A stretch of 64,000 nucleotides of DNA from Octopus vulgaris. Lineage: Eukaryota. Below, in pieces: positions 1 to 17,597 of this stretch (its first letter is position 1; every line of letters starts with the position of its first letter). The notes beneath the pieces are model-generated. The model was not told the origin of the DNA, searched no databases, and saw only the letters and a program-made list of their open reading frames with translations. Made by a program: the position numbers and the translations under genes. The stretch spans positions 29,450,001-29,514,000 of the forward strand of contig OX597824.1 in NCBI GenBank assembly GCA_951406725.2, in the 5' to 3' direction.

Positions 1-1800
1 GGGTGAGGTAGAGAGAGAAAAGGGGGAATGCAGCGGTGAGGTGGGTGTTAACGAGATGTGTGTGGTAGAGGGAGTAGGTGGAGGGAGAGGTGGTGTGGTA
101 GTAGTTTTGAAGCGGGTGAAGAAATATTACGGGCACTGGTGGTGGTGGTGGTAGTGGTGGTGGTGGTGGTGGTGGTGGCAGTGGGAGATGCAACTGTAAA
201 TAAGAGGAAGGTGCAGTTGAAGTAAGAGTAGGGATTATCTCGAGTACTGGCGTCGGTGGGGGTGTTCGTTGTGATGATGATGATGATGCTGATGACGGCA
301 GTGGCGATGGTGGTGGTGACGGTGGTAGTGGTGGTAGCGGTGATAGTATTGGCTGTAGTGCTAGTGATGGTGCTACCGCTGCTGGTAGTGATGATGAAGA
401 TGGTAGTGGTTGTGATGGTAGTTGTGGTGGTGGTTGTAGTGGTGGTGGTGTGGACGATGGTGATGATGGCGGTGATAGTGATAGGTGGTAGTGGCAGTGG
501 TGGTGGTGGTGGTGGTGGTGTTCCTACTGGTGATGGTAGTAGCAGTGGTGGTGGTGGTGGTGGTGGTAGTGGTAGTGTTGGTGGTGGTGGTGGTGGTGGT
601 GGTGGCGGCGGTGGCGCCGATGTTGGTGAGGGTGAGAGAAGAAAAGGTAGACGGGTACAAGTGTAAGTAGAAGGCGGGTACAGTTGCGAAACAGGAAGGA
701 TTATCATGAGAACTGGTAGTGAAGGTGGCGGTGGTGGTAGTGGTGGTGGTGGTGGTGGTGTGATGAGGGTGGTGGAGTTGTGGGTGGGTCTGCGAGTGCA
801 CCAGAGATTATGATGAGAAATGGGGCGGCAGGGGCTGACGGTAGGATACGTAGGAGTGTGCGGGGTAGGGATGGAAAAGGTGAAGGGGAGAATAGAGAAA
901 TATTGTGTAAGGGTACGTAGGGTAGCAGGAGATGAAATGAGGGTGCAGTAACACATGTTGGAGGGAGAGGGAGATAGAGAGAGAGGAAGAAGAGAATGAC
1001 AGAGAGATATGGTGTTAGAGAGAGAGAGAGAGAACTATGAGAGCGAGGGAGACAGAGAGATAGGGAGACAGAGAGAGAATGAGGCATAGCATGTGGGAGA
1101 CGGATAGAAAGAGAGAAACACAGAGAGGTAACGAAGTAGTGACAGTGGGAGTCAGAAAGAGAGAAGTAGGGTGACACAGAGAGAGGGCGATAGAGAAGGG
1201 GAGATAGACAGAAAGGGATATGGAGAGAAAGAAAGGCATCAAGAGTGACAAAGTGAGGAGACAGAGAGAGAGGGGAGACAGAGAGAGAGGAGAGACAGAG
1301 AGAGAGGGGAGACAGAGAGAGAGGAGACAGAGTGAGGACACAGAGAGCGAGACAAAGTGAGGAGACAGAGAAACTCAAGAAGAGGTGTAAAGAGAGAGAG
1401 AGAGAGACAGAGACAGAGAGAGACACAAGGAGAGGGAGTTAGAGAAAGTGGGAGTTGGAGAGATTGAGAGAGACACAAAGAGAGGACGACGGATAGACAG
1501 AAACAGAGAGACACAGAGAGAGGAAGACAGAGAGACTGAAAGCGAGAGGGATGTGTAGAGACTAGGCTTTAGTGAGGAGTGGGAGTGAGTTACTTTTTAA
1601 GTACGGGATAAGTATGGTACGGTATAGGGGTGGATGTCGAGTGGGGTGGAGAAGGGCAGAATGGTGTGGCTTGATAACGGTGATGGTGAAAGGAGTGGAG
1701 GTGTGGAAGAGCATGAGTAAAATGGTAGGAGATCGGTGGAACCAGAGAAAAACAGACAGAGGGGAGAGAGAAGCGGAGAGAGTAAGAGAGAGGTGAAGAT
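1..1800. repeat. Compound simple-repeat block: (GGT)n/(GAT)n-rich, then polypurine (GA/GACA)n
   Basis: Direct reading: GGT/GTA/GAT runs to ~800 and an almost pure purine tract ~960-1560; overlapping ORFs are homopolymeric translations. Confidence 0.95.
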
Positions 1801-2292
1801 GGAGAGGGTGTTGCGTTGATTACGCTCCGCTGTCATTAACGTTATCTTGTACCTATGTAATTTACGTTTGTGTGTGTATGTGTATGTGTGTGTGTGTGTG
1901 TGAATGTGTGTGTCAAAGAGAGAGAGAGAGACAGGTGGTGCGGAAAGAGAGATTATGGGTGTCTTGTTCCTAGAAAACCTGCAATAATAAGATAAAGACT
2001 AGATGAGACGACAATATCCCTGTAATTGGGCGTCTTAATGGGTGCACAAAGACACACACACGCGAGCACACGCACACGCACGCGCGCACGCAGATATTTG
2101 CACACACGCGCACATACGTACGTGTATGTATAGTTTAGTGTATTTGTGTGTGCACGCGCGCACGTATGTGTGTGTGTGTGTGTGTATACATGTTAAAATA
2201 AATGTATGCTTCACTCTTTTGTTTTGAACATGCATATTTGAGGCTTTTCAAAATCAGCCTTCACTGCAAAGGTATGGGTGTGTGTCTGTGTG

Positions 2293-2336
<44 letters not shown>

Positions 2337-2682
2337 TCATTGAGATACTAGGCCCCTAGATACTATGAAAAAGTGATATAGGGGCCTGATGATTGGGGTT
2401 ATATTTTAAGAATGGTTCCAGCAAAACACGGAGTAGTTTTGGAACCGGAAAATGTACCTCATGAAACATGTTTAGCCAAGTTATAAAGTAGTAGGTATTT
2501 AAAATAATTTTTTTTTATATGGTGAGATGAAGAGGCCTACTGTCTCTAAATGAAAATATATATTTCTTCATTGAGAAGAATTTGAACCCTGTTATGCCGT
2601 AATCTTTATTTCCTAACAAATAAAATTAAATATACATGCATACATACATAGATACATATACATACATACATACATACATACA

Positions 2683-2714
<32 letters not shown>

Positions 2715-3214
2715 CATATATATATGAGGATATTATTATCAGTGGCTTAGCATGCGTAAAAAACCCGTAACGGTAAAAAAAAAACATCAATGAATAATTA
2801 AGGGTGCTAACAAGCAGTACTGGCATGGTAAGTATAGCAGTCAAAATGACTAAACTACAAATTTTCACTTAAATACAAAAATGAAAGCGGGCAAATGAAT
2901 AAAAATTCTAAAACCCAGTACCAATGACGAAAATAATCGAAAATTGAAAACGCTAGACATACCCGTATCACAGTGATTTCAAAGTTTGAGAAAAAATCTT
3001 AGTTCATCTTCAGCGAGTCTTACTGTCCCCAGGGTTATAGAAATGCTCATCTCACCAATGTGTGCGTTGAACGTTTTTAATGCCACAGCAAATTTTGACT
3101 TCTATATCCAGCATGCCAATACGACTTGCTAGTACCCTTAATTATATATATATATACAGAATGGTAGAAATTTCGATTATCTCCACGTGTTGAGTTGTAA
3201 TATATATAAGAAAT

Positions 3215-4915
3215 TAAAGACGGAAAATGCGCACACTTTACATAGTTTTAATATATAATATATTTTATATTATGTTTGTCGACTGGTTTCGCTTTCGCTA
3301 ATCATGACATGAAAATTTATTTAAATACGTATTTTCTAAAGTCAAATGATTTTTGTCCATGTTGTGTGTGCAGTTTATGAATGAATGATTCAACAAGTAG
3401 AAAAAATCGAATGGGAGGTAATTGGTGATCGTTATTATTATAGACAGAGGAGACAATTGTCCGTCTTTCGCTGGTGGGGTGCGGAATATATACACAAAAT
3501 TTTGCCAAATTAAAGGTGGTATTTATTTTGATGTGTTTTGGGTGGCATGAGCTAAAAAGGAGATATTACTTCGAGTCCGTTGGTTTATGATAGATGTCAT
3601 TTATAATTTCGTTGTTGAATTTTTTTATCATAATATCCAAAACTGGGAGCTGTTCTTTGCTACATTCCATTGTGAAGTAAATGTTATGGTTTATATCGTT
3701 TAGTGTTAAATTGAATGTTGAAAGTTTATCAATGAAAGTTTATCAAATGATAAACAGTCATCCAGGTATCTTTCACAGTTTTCTCTTATATAATGGTGAA
3801 ATGAAGAACCATATTTTTGCAGTGACGCTTCATATATGGTGAATTCAAAATAACCCATTATCAGGTTCGCAAGAATAGGAGCTGCTTTCGTTCGCATCGC
3901 AATTCTGCATTTTTGACGATAGTAGGTGTCATAAAATAGGAAATAATTTTTCTGAAGTATAAATTCTAAAGATTCAATAATAAAGACCTGCTTTATGCGT
4001 TCCGGAAGTACTTCGGGATACTTATACAACCAGAATTTGATTGCTTTTATTCCATAGTCATGTGAGATGTTGGTGTGAAGATTGATTACATCGAAGGAAA
4101 CCAATAATACCTCTTTATTAATTGTTTTTGGTAGGTACTCTAGCATGTCTAAATCGTCTCGATTGAAACTTTTGATGTATTTCAGCAAGGGTTTCATTAG
4201 GATGTCTAGAAAATTGCTTAGGCGTTGGGTTTCACAGGCTAGGCCAGCTATAATGGGCCACATCTTTAAGTCTTCTGGCGCTTGGATATTTATATATTTG
4301 CCTGATGATTGTTTGCAGGCTTGATTAACTATTTTGCTCACCTGTATTTTAGGTAGGCCGTAAAAAATACTAGGTTTACATTTAAAGTTCGTGATATAAT
4401 ATATTTCTTTTTCTGTCTGGCCTTTTCCATGTAAAAGTATTAAGGACGCAAGATTTTTCATTGTTTTTTGTTATTTATAATTTACAACTTTTTCGTAGAA
4501 GGTATCGTTTTCTAGCATGGATAATACTAGGTTTTTGTAGAATCCTTTGTCCATCAAAACTACCTCACTTCCTTTGTCTGCTTTTTTAATTGTCAGGTCT
4601 TTGTCATTTTGTTGTTCAAATAGATTTTTCCATTCTAGATTGTGGAGGTTTGAATTAATTTTACATTTATGGAAAGTATATGAGAAATTTTGGATATGGT
4701 CGCAGAAGTCATCTAGTGTTATATTCCTACTTTTAGGTAAAAGGTAATTCTGATTTTAACCAGTGACTCATCTTCGTTGTTGTAGTCAGTTAGTGCTTCT
4801 GTGAGTCGTAGTTTTCTGCAGAATTCCGAAATACTGTCTTTAATTTCATTATAGTTAGATCTTCGTGGGGTTGGGGTAAATTTTAATCCTTTAGCCAGTA
4901 TACTTATTTTTGTCA
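3215..4915 (-). mobile_element. Decayed Penelope-like element (PLE) reverse transcriptase
   Basis: Minus-strand remnants LAKGLKFTPTP, IKKADKG, FYGLPKI..PIIAG, LVSFDV..L.TNI, NYF...YYRQ...AM.T..AP.LANL.M, RYLDD, YHKPTDS; several frameshifts and stops; no GIY-YIG domain visible. Confidence 0.88.
3277..3309 (-). ncRNA. Degenerate minimal type I hammerhead ribozyme motif at the PLE 3' end
   Basis: Minus strand reads TGTC-ATGATTA-GC GAAA GC-GAAA-CCAG-TC-GACA: stem I TGTC/GACA, core two mismatches from CUGAUGA, 2-bp stem II with GAAA loop. Confidence 0.6.
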
Positions 4916-5015
4916 TATATATATATATATATATATATACAAAGAAGTAAATATATGGCACAACGAAGTACCGATATTTACTAGTATTGCATTACTAATT
5001 TATATATATATATAT

Positions 5016-5165
5016 TCGACATGTTTCTTTCAGTGTCTGTCTACGAAATTTACTCACAAAGTTTTGGTCGGCCCTAGGCTATAATAGGAGAGGCTGGCCC
5101 CAAGGTGTCACACAGTGGAGCTGAATCCGGAAACATGTAGTTTGGAAGCAATGGCCACCACGCCT
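5016..5165 (-). mobile_element. tRNA-derived CORE-like SINE, 5' half, degenerate
   Basis: Reverse complement resembles the head of the copies at 25268 and 60421 (…CACCTTGGG…TATAGCC…GGCCGACCAAA…). Confidence 0.7.
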
Positions 5166-5339
5166 GTTAAAACTTACGTATAGTATAGACGAATTCATAT
5201 TTCTACTTATGTGCGATGATGATTTTGTTTTAATAAAACATGTCACACTAACAATCATGCAAAACAAAAAAGTAAAAAATTAAATAAGTAAGAAAGAGTT
5301 AGAGACATCATAAACTCACTGTTTCCTTCCTTCCTCCCT

Positions 5340-8525
<3,186 letters not shown>

Positions 8526-9306
8526 GTTTGGCTGCTGATGTTCCCCGAGAAGGTTTTATTACTATATTACACCTCATTTCGTTTCGGCTGTCGTTGTCGT
8601 CTGCTTTATACAAATTATATTTGCAAAGGTTTCGCCTCAGGAACCAGTATTTTCTTCCTTGGCACTTCTATTTAGTTTTATTTTCTTTTCCGAATTTTTC
8701 TTTATATATTTTTGTGTTGATTTTATTTCGTTGAAATATTGATTTTTATATTTATTTATTTGTTCAATCATTATTTTCATTATTTATTAGTAGATAATTT
8801 TTTTTACTTATTTTATTTTTTTCTGTTTATTTAATTTGTTTTTAATTCTGCCATCTCATATTACGAGAGTCTAGAATTGGCAGGCATTTTAGATAAAATT
8901 AAGCGAAATTGACTGGTGGGTGTATATAGAAAAAAGATTAAAGTGTTAGTGGCAGGTAGATGTGATGAATCGACGGGTGTATAAAAAGGAAAAAGGGAGA
9001 AAATGACTCGTGGTGGTGTTGATGATGGTGGTGGTGGTAGTGGTGGTGGTGGTGGTGGTAGTGGTGGTGGTGATCGGCATCGTTGTAATGGTTGCCGTGG
9101 GGTGATGGTAATGGTGGAAAATTAAACGGAAGACATTGTTGACACGAACATGGAGAGTATACGCGTGTGTGTGTGTGTGTGTGTGTGTGCGTGCGTGCAT
9201 GAGTGAGTGTGCGTGTGTGTGTGTGTGCGTGTGAGAAAATACTTATGTATTTACTTTACTACCTATGTAGCATGTGTATCTAGAATGTATGTATATATAT
9301 GTGTGC

Positions 9307-9345
<39 letters not shown>

Positions 9346-9432
9346 CGTGTGTGTGTGTTTATGTGTGTATGTGTGTGTGTATATATATATATATATGTGT
9401 GCATAAATATATATATATCATTATCATTATTA

Positions 9433-9485
<53 letters not shown>

Positions 9486-9734
9486 TTCATTATTATTATA
9501 TTATATTATGTTATATCATATAATATATTGCATTAGTTTCTATTATATTTTGCATTAATAAACTGTAATATAAAGTAAATAACTTCCAAGGCAATACTCA
9601 AAAATATATTCAGAAAGTACATGAATAGTTAATATGTTTTTATTTGAATAATTGATCACACTACAGCTGTTTCGACCGCAATTCTTTTAAAGTGTGTTAT
9701 ATATTTTAGTTTCATTCACATAATTATGGCGGTA

Positions 9735-9956
9735 CAGTAATACCTCGCCATATCGCGGTTCACCTATCGCATTTTATTATTTAAGCTTACGTCATTTCCT
9801 CCGTGGCGTTCTTTTGCATTTATAATAAAATAAATATATACAAATTATAAAAACAATTTTAAAAATATACAGTACAGTACTGTTTCTACTTCAGGAAGTT
9901 TCACTTATCGCGGGGAGGTTGGGAACGTAACACCCACGATAGTCGATGTATTACTG
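9735..9956. mobile_element. pogo/Tigger-like MITE (Tc1-mariner superfamily)
   Basis: TIRs CAGTAATACCTCG…/…CGATGTATTACTG flanked by TA on both sides; second copy at 41737-42227. Confidence 0.8.
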
Positions 9957-10299
9957 TATATGAAACGAGAACTGAAGCTCTCATTCAACAATATCACAGA
10001 AAGCTGTCACTAAAAGTATGTGGAAATAAAAATATGCATATTCCCGGTGTATTCTATATAATCTACATATGTTGTCAATCCCCACCATTCGGCAGTAAAA
10101 TATAGTGAAATAAATTTTTGGTGTAAAGAATTTCTAGAGTTATGAAGTTCTGAAGAACGGACTTTGGTAACGAGATTGGTTATTTCGAATCTGACTCTCT
10201 TCATTAAGAAACACGTCAAAACCCCAATTTGTAAGTCTACTCCCTAATTAGAATCTCACGGATACAGGGAAGCCATAGCACATATGTTGGGGTTGACAT

Positions 10300-10460
10300 G
10301 AGGCCAGCAATTTTGGAGGAGAGGATAAGATGATTACATCAAACTCAGTGCTCAACAAGTGCATATTTTCTCGACCACGAAAGGATGAAAGGCAAAGTCA
10401 ACCACGGCGTACACTCGAACGAACTGCTACTAAGCATTTTTCCAGACATGCTAACGATTC
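10300..10460 (-). mobile_element. Degenerate Meta-domain tRNA SINE
   Basis: CGAAAGGATGAAAGGCAAAGTCAACC core, the reverse complement of the family core seen at 30915-31146. Confidence 0.7.
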
Positions 10461-10479
10461 TTAGCATATACATTAAGAT

Positions 10480-11060
10480 CTACGGTTCTGGCATTGTGCT
10501 ATTCCTCTTCGGTGTATGCAAGTCCTGTCTGAGAAATATTAACCCATCTCAAGAAACATGACCCAACTTTGAACACCTGCCACATAACCACTGGTAGTTT
10601 GAAACTCACCAGCACTAACAACATTTGCCTCGTCGCTAGCGTTTCCCTTGCTGATATCTGAAGGAAAGCGACTCATTGAGTCGGAATGACAAAGGTTACT
10701 AGTGATGAAATACTCTTCTTTCATGGACGGCAAACATCGACCCACCAACTGAAGCCAAGGAGCTACCTCGGCCGTGTCTAATCCCTAACTACATGCCGGG
10801 GGGAAACTGGCTTCCATCTCTGGATGGAAAAGCTTGAGAACAATCCTCTAACTGACACGAGAATCTTCCCTGCTGAAGTACCAGGGACTCAATGGAAGAC
10901 ACTCAACCGCCTCTGAACGAGAGCGGGATTATCAAAATCTGTATTGATCAGATTGGGCTACAGGAGCATCCAAGCCTCATGTGAATGAGGAGAGGTGAAC
11001 CAGAGTATCGATCATTGGATTGTCTGCCCTCTACGACCCAAATCCTGCGGCATAATGTTC
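10480..11060 (+). mobile_element. Decayed non-LTR retrotransposon 3' ORF fragment (RTE-X/I-group-like)
   Basis: Broken translation LALCYSSSVYASPV* … WKTLNRL*T…CE*GE..QSIDHWIVCP, a C-terminal Zn-finger remnant. Confidence 0.6.
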
Positions 11061-11192
11061 TTGCAATGTTCAATAAAAAATATAAAGAACTGCAGAAAGA
11101 AAAGTGGAACTTTTATATAAACATTACATTTCGAAGAATCGCAAACACATGATGTTATCTTACGAGCTATGATGATGATGATGATGATGATG

Positions 11193-11262
<70 letters not shown>

Positions 11263-11281
11263 CAACAACAACAACAACAGC

Positions 11282-11640
11282 AACAAGAGCGGTCAGAGAG
11301 CGCAAACCTCCGTCAAGGCAACACAAACGTCTTCTCAACGATTAGCTTTTTAAAATGAGAATATCTGAAATAAACTTGACTGCTTCCACAAACGAGAATA
11401 CTAAAAATGAACACGACCGCTCACAAAACTTAATTTTAAAAATAGGAAAAATAATCCATCATCCTTGTCCGGTACCGAATCGATCCCAAAATCTAATCGG
11501 TTCGTACCAGTTACGAGGTTAAACATTGCTGAAAGTTTCATTATAATCTATACAGCGGTTTTTGAGATATCTTGTCCACGAATAAACAAACAAATACGAC
11601 TGAAAACAATACCACCGCCTTCGCTAAAGCGGAGGTAATA
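11282..11640 (-). mobile_element. Non-autonomous Helentron (HINE/DINE-1-like)
   Basis: Minus strand starts TATTACCTCCGC…hairpin…GTATTGTTTTC and ends …CCTTGACGGAGGTTTGCGCTCTCTGACCGCTC; subterminal inverted ACCTCCG/CGGAGGT; internal TTTG repeat. Confidence 0.7.
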
Positions 11641-11642
11641 GA

Positions 11643-12070
11643 CCTTTCTACTATAGGCAAAAAGGCCTGAAATTTGGTGGGAGGGATTAAGTCGATTACA
11701 TTGATCTTAGAATTTAACTGGAACTTAATCTATCGACCCTAAAAAGTTGAAGGAAAAGTTGAGCTCAGCAGAATGCAACCATGCATTTCGCCTGGCGTGC
11801 TAACGATTCAGCCATACTTTAAAAATTGCTTCTCTAGGCTCTATTTGTACTGCAGAAAAAATAAAATTCGAATTGTTCAAGACAAGAAATTTCAGGAGAG
11901 GACATAAGTCGATTACATAGACTTCAGTATTCAACTGGTACTTCATTTTATCAACCTCCGAATTGATTAAAGGCAAAGTCGACCTAAGCGGAATTTCAAC
12001 TTAGAACGTGAAGATGAAAGAAACACCGCAATGCATTTTTCCAGGAGTGGAAAATATTCTGCCAGTCTGC
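11643..12070 (-). mobile_element. Two degenerate Meta-domain SINE copies
   Basis: Two copies of the GTCGATTACAT…AACTGG…AAAGT(C/T)GA core. Confidence 0.7.
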
Positions 12071-12245
12071 AGCATTCAGTTATATGTAATATTAAAACAG
12101 CGTTGCATTTAGTTTAAAAGTGGAAAAAAAATAACAAGTCGGCTCTCTTTAAATAAATATGTAGAGTTATATAAAGAGCACATTTTCAGAGTAGTACAAT
12201 GAAAAACCGTGCCAATATTTGTGTATACATACATACATACATACA

Positions 12246-12373
<128 letters not shown>

Positions 12374-12502
12374 AGAATAAATGTTTTTATATGTAAAGAA
12401 CGTGAAATACAGGAAGGGACGAACACGGAACACAGACAAATCATTCGAAGCCTTCAATCTTCAGTCAGACACCGAATCATCATAGCAAATTTCGGCTGTT
12501 CA

Positions 12503-12606
<104 letters not shown>

Positions 12607-12981
12607 GTACACATAAACTTACATGCAAGCATAATTCATGTATATATTTATACAAACACGTATATATATGTGTGTGTATGCGTGTGTGAGTGTGTGTATG
12701 TATGTATGTATATCAGTACATATAAGTGCGTATGTATGTGTATGACACAAATACATGCACAAAGTTCAACAGATATAATTTTATGGATATATTTGTGTAT
12801 GTATATATGCATACATATGACAAACAAATAAACGTATAAGCGTATACATACACGTATATATATATGCATATATATATATATCTGCAAATATATGTACATA
12901 TATTCGTACATATACATATATATGTGTGTATACATACATATATATACGTACATATGTATATACGCAAACGCACACACGCAC

Positions 12982-13024
<43 letters not shown>

Positions 13025-13290
13025 ACATATATATATACTCGTTTTGCCATAAATACTCCACAATACACAATAGTCCTCCAAAAGTCCTACACACAATACA
13101 CCAAAGATATTGTGGGCTGTCATAAAAGGTTCCAATCATTTAATGCCATTTTGATGATTCTTCAAATGTCAGAAACAGAATGGCCACTGTTTTTCAAAGA
13201 TCTACAACTAATATTGCTTACAATCATCCTACATTGTTACGTGACAACTCACAAGAAGGAGGGTGAGCAGCTGGGAATAGCGCACAAGTC

Positions 13291-13321
<31 letters not shown>

Positions 13322-13449
13322 AGCTTAGAGAAGAAGAAGAAACGAAACCAAACCAAACGAATCGAATCGAATATATATATATATATATATATATTGGTAA
13401 GTATGTGTGTATTTGTGTAAATACAAATATATATATGTGTGTGGGGTGT

Positions 13450-13494
<45 letters not shown>

Positions 13495-13753
13495 CGTGTA
13501 TATATATATATATGTATATATATATTTATACATATATATACATGAATATATATATACATATATACATATTTATACATATATATATATATACATGAATATA
13601 TATATATATATATTTACACATATATACATGAATATATATATATATTTATACATATACATATACATGAATATATATATATGTGTGTGCGCGTTTGTGTGTG
13701 TGTGCACAAGTACATATACATATGTATTTTCTATATATATGTATATATGTATG

Positions 13754-13792
<39 letters not shown>

Positions 13793-13955
13793 AGAGAGAG
13801 ACAGAGACAGAAGAGAATGTGAAGGGGTGGGGAGAGAAATAAAGAAACACAGACAGGGACACAGAGGGACAGAAAACTGCGCGCTGGTGTGTTGTGTTGT
13901 GTGTATACATGTGTGTGTGTGTGTGTGTGTGTGCGTGCGTATGAGTTTGTGTATA

Positions 13956-14011
<56 letters not shown>

Positions 14012-14345
14012 TCTACAGAGAAACAGACACTCAAACAGACCGACAAACTGATAGATTCAGAGACTGACTGACACATTGACAGATAGACAGACAGACAAAC
14101 AGGCAGGCAGACAGACTGAAAGACTGACAGACAGACAGTCCGACAGACCGAGAAATACATCCACTTCTACGTTTTCATGAGTGTATGCATATGTTGCGCA
14201 TGTTTTTGTGTGTACTCGCTTTCCCACGTATCTATATTGCTGAGCTTCGTCCTCCTCAAAGCTTCTTGTCTATATTCCATGATACACCAAATAATAAATC
14301 TTTCCATTTTATTTCTTAAACTATAATTTTATACAGCGCATTTAT

Positions 14346-14414
<69 letters not shown>

Positions 14415-14532
14415 TATATATATATATATATATATCATCATCGTCGTTTAACGTCCGTTCTCCATGCTAGCATGGGTTGGACGGTTCGACTGGGGTTCTG
14501 GGAAGCCAATATATATATATGTATATATATAA

Positions 14533-14614
<82 letters not shown>

Positions 14615-14837
14615 ATATATATTAAGATAAAAGTTGTAGTTTTCTTTTAGAGTTAAGCTATTATTTGTTATTGTTGTTGATGATGATGGTGTTGAAGATG
14701 TCACTGTTGTTGCTGACGTCATCATCGTTGTTTTTTTTAATTATTTTTTGGCTTATTCATTTTGTTTAGTTATTTTTATCTTTCGTTGTCATTTTCGATA
14801 TGGTCTTTCTAGTTATTATGATTTTTATTATTTCTGC

Positions 14838-14884
<47 letters not shown>

Positions 14885-15339
14885 TGTAGTTGTAGTAGTA
14901 GTAGTAGTAGTAGTAGTTGCTGCTGCTGTTGTTGTTACTCGTTGGTGCTGGTGCTGGTGGTGGTGTTTTTTCTTGATGTTTACGCTTTTGCTTTTATAAC
15001 TGTTGTTGCTGTTCCTGTTGTTGATGCTATAACTATTGTTGTTGTTGTTGTTGTTGTTGTTGTTATGTTTGTTGTTATGTCGTTCATGTTGCTACTGCAG
15101 TCGTTGATTCTGTTATTCCTAAGTTCTCACTCCCCCACCTCACCTCTTGCTTCCCCCCACTAATCACATGCAAACCTGTTTAGGTTCCGCGCCAGTTGGG
15201 CGACTTCACATAAAAAAATAATAAATCTCAAACTCACATTCTGTGTATAAATAAACTCAGATAAAATATATATATCATAATATGTCATATCATATCATCA
15301 TTTTATATATACATTCATACTGATACACACACACGCACA

Positions 15340-15370
<31 letters not shown>

Positions 15371-16416
15371 GCGGTAATACTCAATATGTATGATAATACA
15401 CAATATTATGGATAAATATCATACATATATTACATTTACTTATATATATCTTATATGTATATTTATATATATATATATATAACTAGACATTTACTTACAT
15501 ATATATATACATACATTTATACGTATATATACATGCGTATATATATGTGCATACATACATATATATATATACACATCCATATATACTTGTATATATGCGA
15601 ATGTATTATGTAGATATATATGTGGAATTATGATGCATGTGCCCATACATATACATATATTACACACATATATATATATGTATATATATACATATATATA
15701 TAAATATATATATACATATATATAAGATATATATATATGTATACATATATATATGTATATATATATATATATATACATGCATATATATATACATATATAT
15801 ATGCATATATATATACATATATATATATATACATATATATATATACATATATACATATATATATATACATATATATATATATATTTCTCATTTCCGTTTT
15901 TTTAGTTGTTCTCTGTGTCTGTATATTCGTAATACTATTTTTCGCTATCCTTTTTTACTTTTGTTTTGTTACTGTTGTTGTTGTTGTTGTTGTTTTAACT
16001 ATAGAGCCACTGAGGGTTCCATTGGGAAGAGTTAAAGACAGACTTTAGACTTATATGCCGGAAGCTATGTTGAAATCTTGTAAAAAAAAAAAAAAATTAC
16101 AACCACAACCAACAGAACAACAATCACAGCAATAACTGCAACGCATAAATTTAAACAACTGCAAAATCTAAGTTGAAACGCAGTTTTAAATTTCTAAGAG
16201 TTTTTTTTTTTTTTGTTGATATTTTCATTTTTTTTTTTAAATAATAAATAACAAGAAATATTGAATACAAAATAAATACTTTTGGAAAACTTCTTTACGT
16301 TCTGATTTGATTTTGGGAAATATAAAAATAAAGAAACGCAGATATACGAAGAATTCTTGTAATATGAAAATATTTTCAATTGAAACAATCGGAAAAATTG
16401 CTGTAGCAGCAGCAGC

Positions 16417-16463
<47 letters not shown>

Positions 16464-16464
16464 C

Positions 16465-16524
<60 letters not shown>

Positions 16525-16564
16525 GGTTATGGTGGTGGTGGTGGTGGTGGTGGTGGTGGTGGTG

Positions 16565-16623
<59 letters not shown>

Positions 16624-16649
16624 GGTGGTGGTAGTAGTAGTAGTAGTAG

Positions 16650-17290
16650 TACCTCTTGAAATTTGGTGGAAGGGTTTATATTGTTTTTGGTTGCATCGAT
16701 TTTACCTCTACTGCTTGACTGGCACACAACTTTATTGACCGCGCAAGTAAAAAAGGTGAAGTTGATATCGGTGGAATTTGAACTCAGAACGTAAAAAGTT
16801 AGGAGAAAAAAAGCGCTAAGATTTTGTTCCGACAGGCGAACGACTCTATCAACTCGTTGCCTTTATAATGGCTTCAAATCTTGGCACAAGGTTAACAATT
16901 TTTTAAGGTGAGGGTTAAGTAGATTACAACGATTTCAATAGTTGACTGATACTTTATTTTATCGCTTCCAGAACACATTCAAAGCCTCACTGAAGTGTTT
17001 TGAGATCAACTTTATTGACCCCGCATGGATAATGGGCAAAGTTGATATCGGTGGAATTTCAACTTGAAAAGTAAATAATCATTAAAAAATCCTCGAGTCA
17101 TATTGTCCGACACGTTAGCGATTCTGCCAATTCTTCGCCTTTAAAATGAGTTCAGATTTTGGCACAAGGTGAGCAGATTTTTAAGGAGAGAGTTGAGCTG
17201 ATTACAACGATTCCAGTACTTGACTGGTACTTTAGTTTACGCTTCAAAGACACATTCAGAGCTTCAATGAAGAGTTTTGAGATCAACTCC
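16650..17290 (-). mobile_element. Tandem SINE-derived units (~280-bp period)
   Basis: AACTTTATTGACC…GTTGATATCGGTGGAATTT and CACATTCA…GTTTTGAGATCAACT each occur twice. Confidence 0.7.
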
Positions 17291-17299
17291 GAAACGAAC

Positions 17300-17545
17300 G
17301 CAAGCGGAAAACTCTCCTACCTGGCGAAGATGCACCAACAGAGCTGCCACTGCCAACAAACATAACAGGACTGCAGAGGAATAAAGGAAACGCGAACTAC
17401 GCAGGTCCAGACCCAACTCTTTGGCTTCAGTCCCAACAGACGACCCATGATCGACCTGCCTTCTGGGCACGTATCGGACTGATTGGCCATAACCGAACGC
17501 CATGTCCCCTGTCTTCTGGCATCTGATGTCCATTGTCGACAAAAA
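17300..17545 (+). mobile_element. RTE-like LINE 3' fragment
   Basis: Remnant …FWARIGLIGHNRT, resembling the RTE terminal RIGL.SH.R motif, followed by an (AAT)n tail. Confidence 0.5.
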
Positions 17546-17597
17546 ATAATAATAATAATGATATTAATAATAATGATGATGATAGTGATGATGATGA

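Noticed and set aside
48-1514. Long Pro/Thr/Val/Gly and Ser/Leu-rich ORFs
   Set aside because: Translations of (GGT)n and (GA)n repeats, open in several frames with no domain signal
9655-9735. Half hammerhead on the minus strand (…GCGGTC-GAAA-CAGCTG-TA)
   Set aside because: The CUGANGA half and stem I could not be found; a MITE interrupts the region
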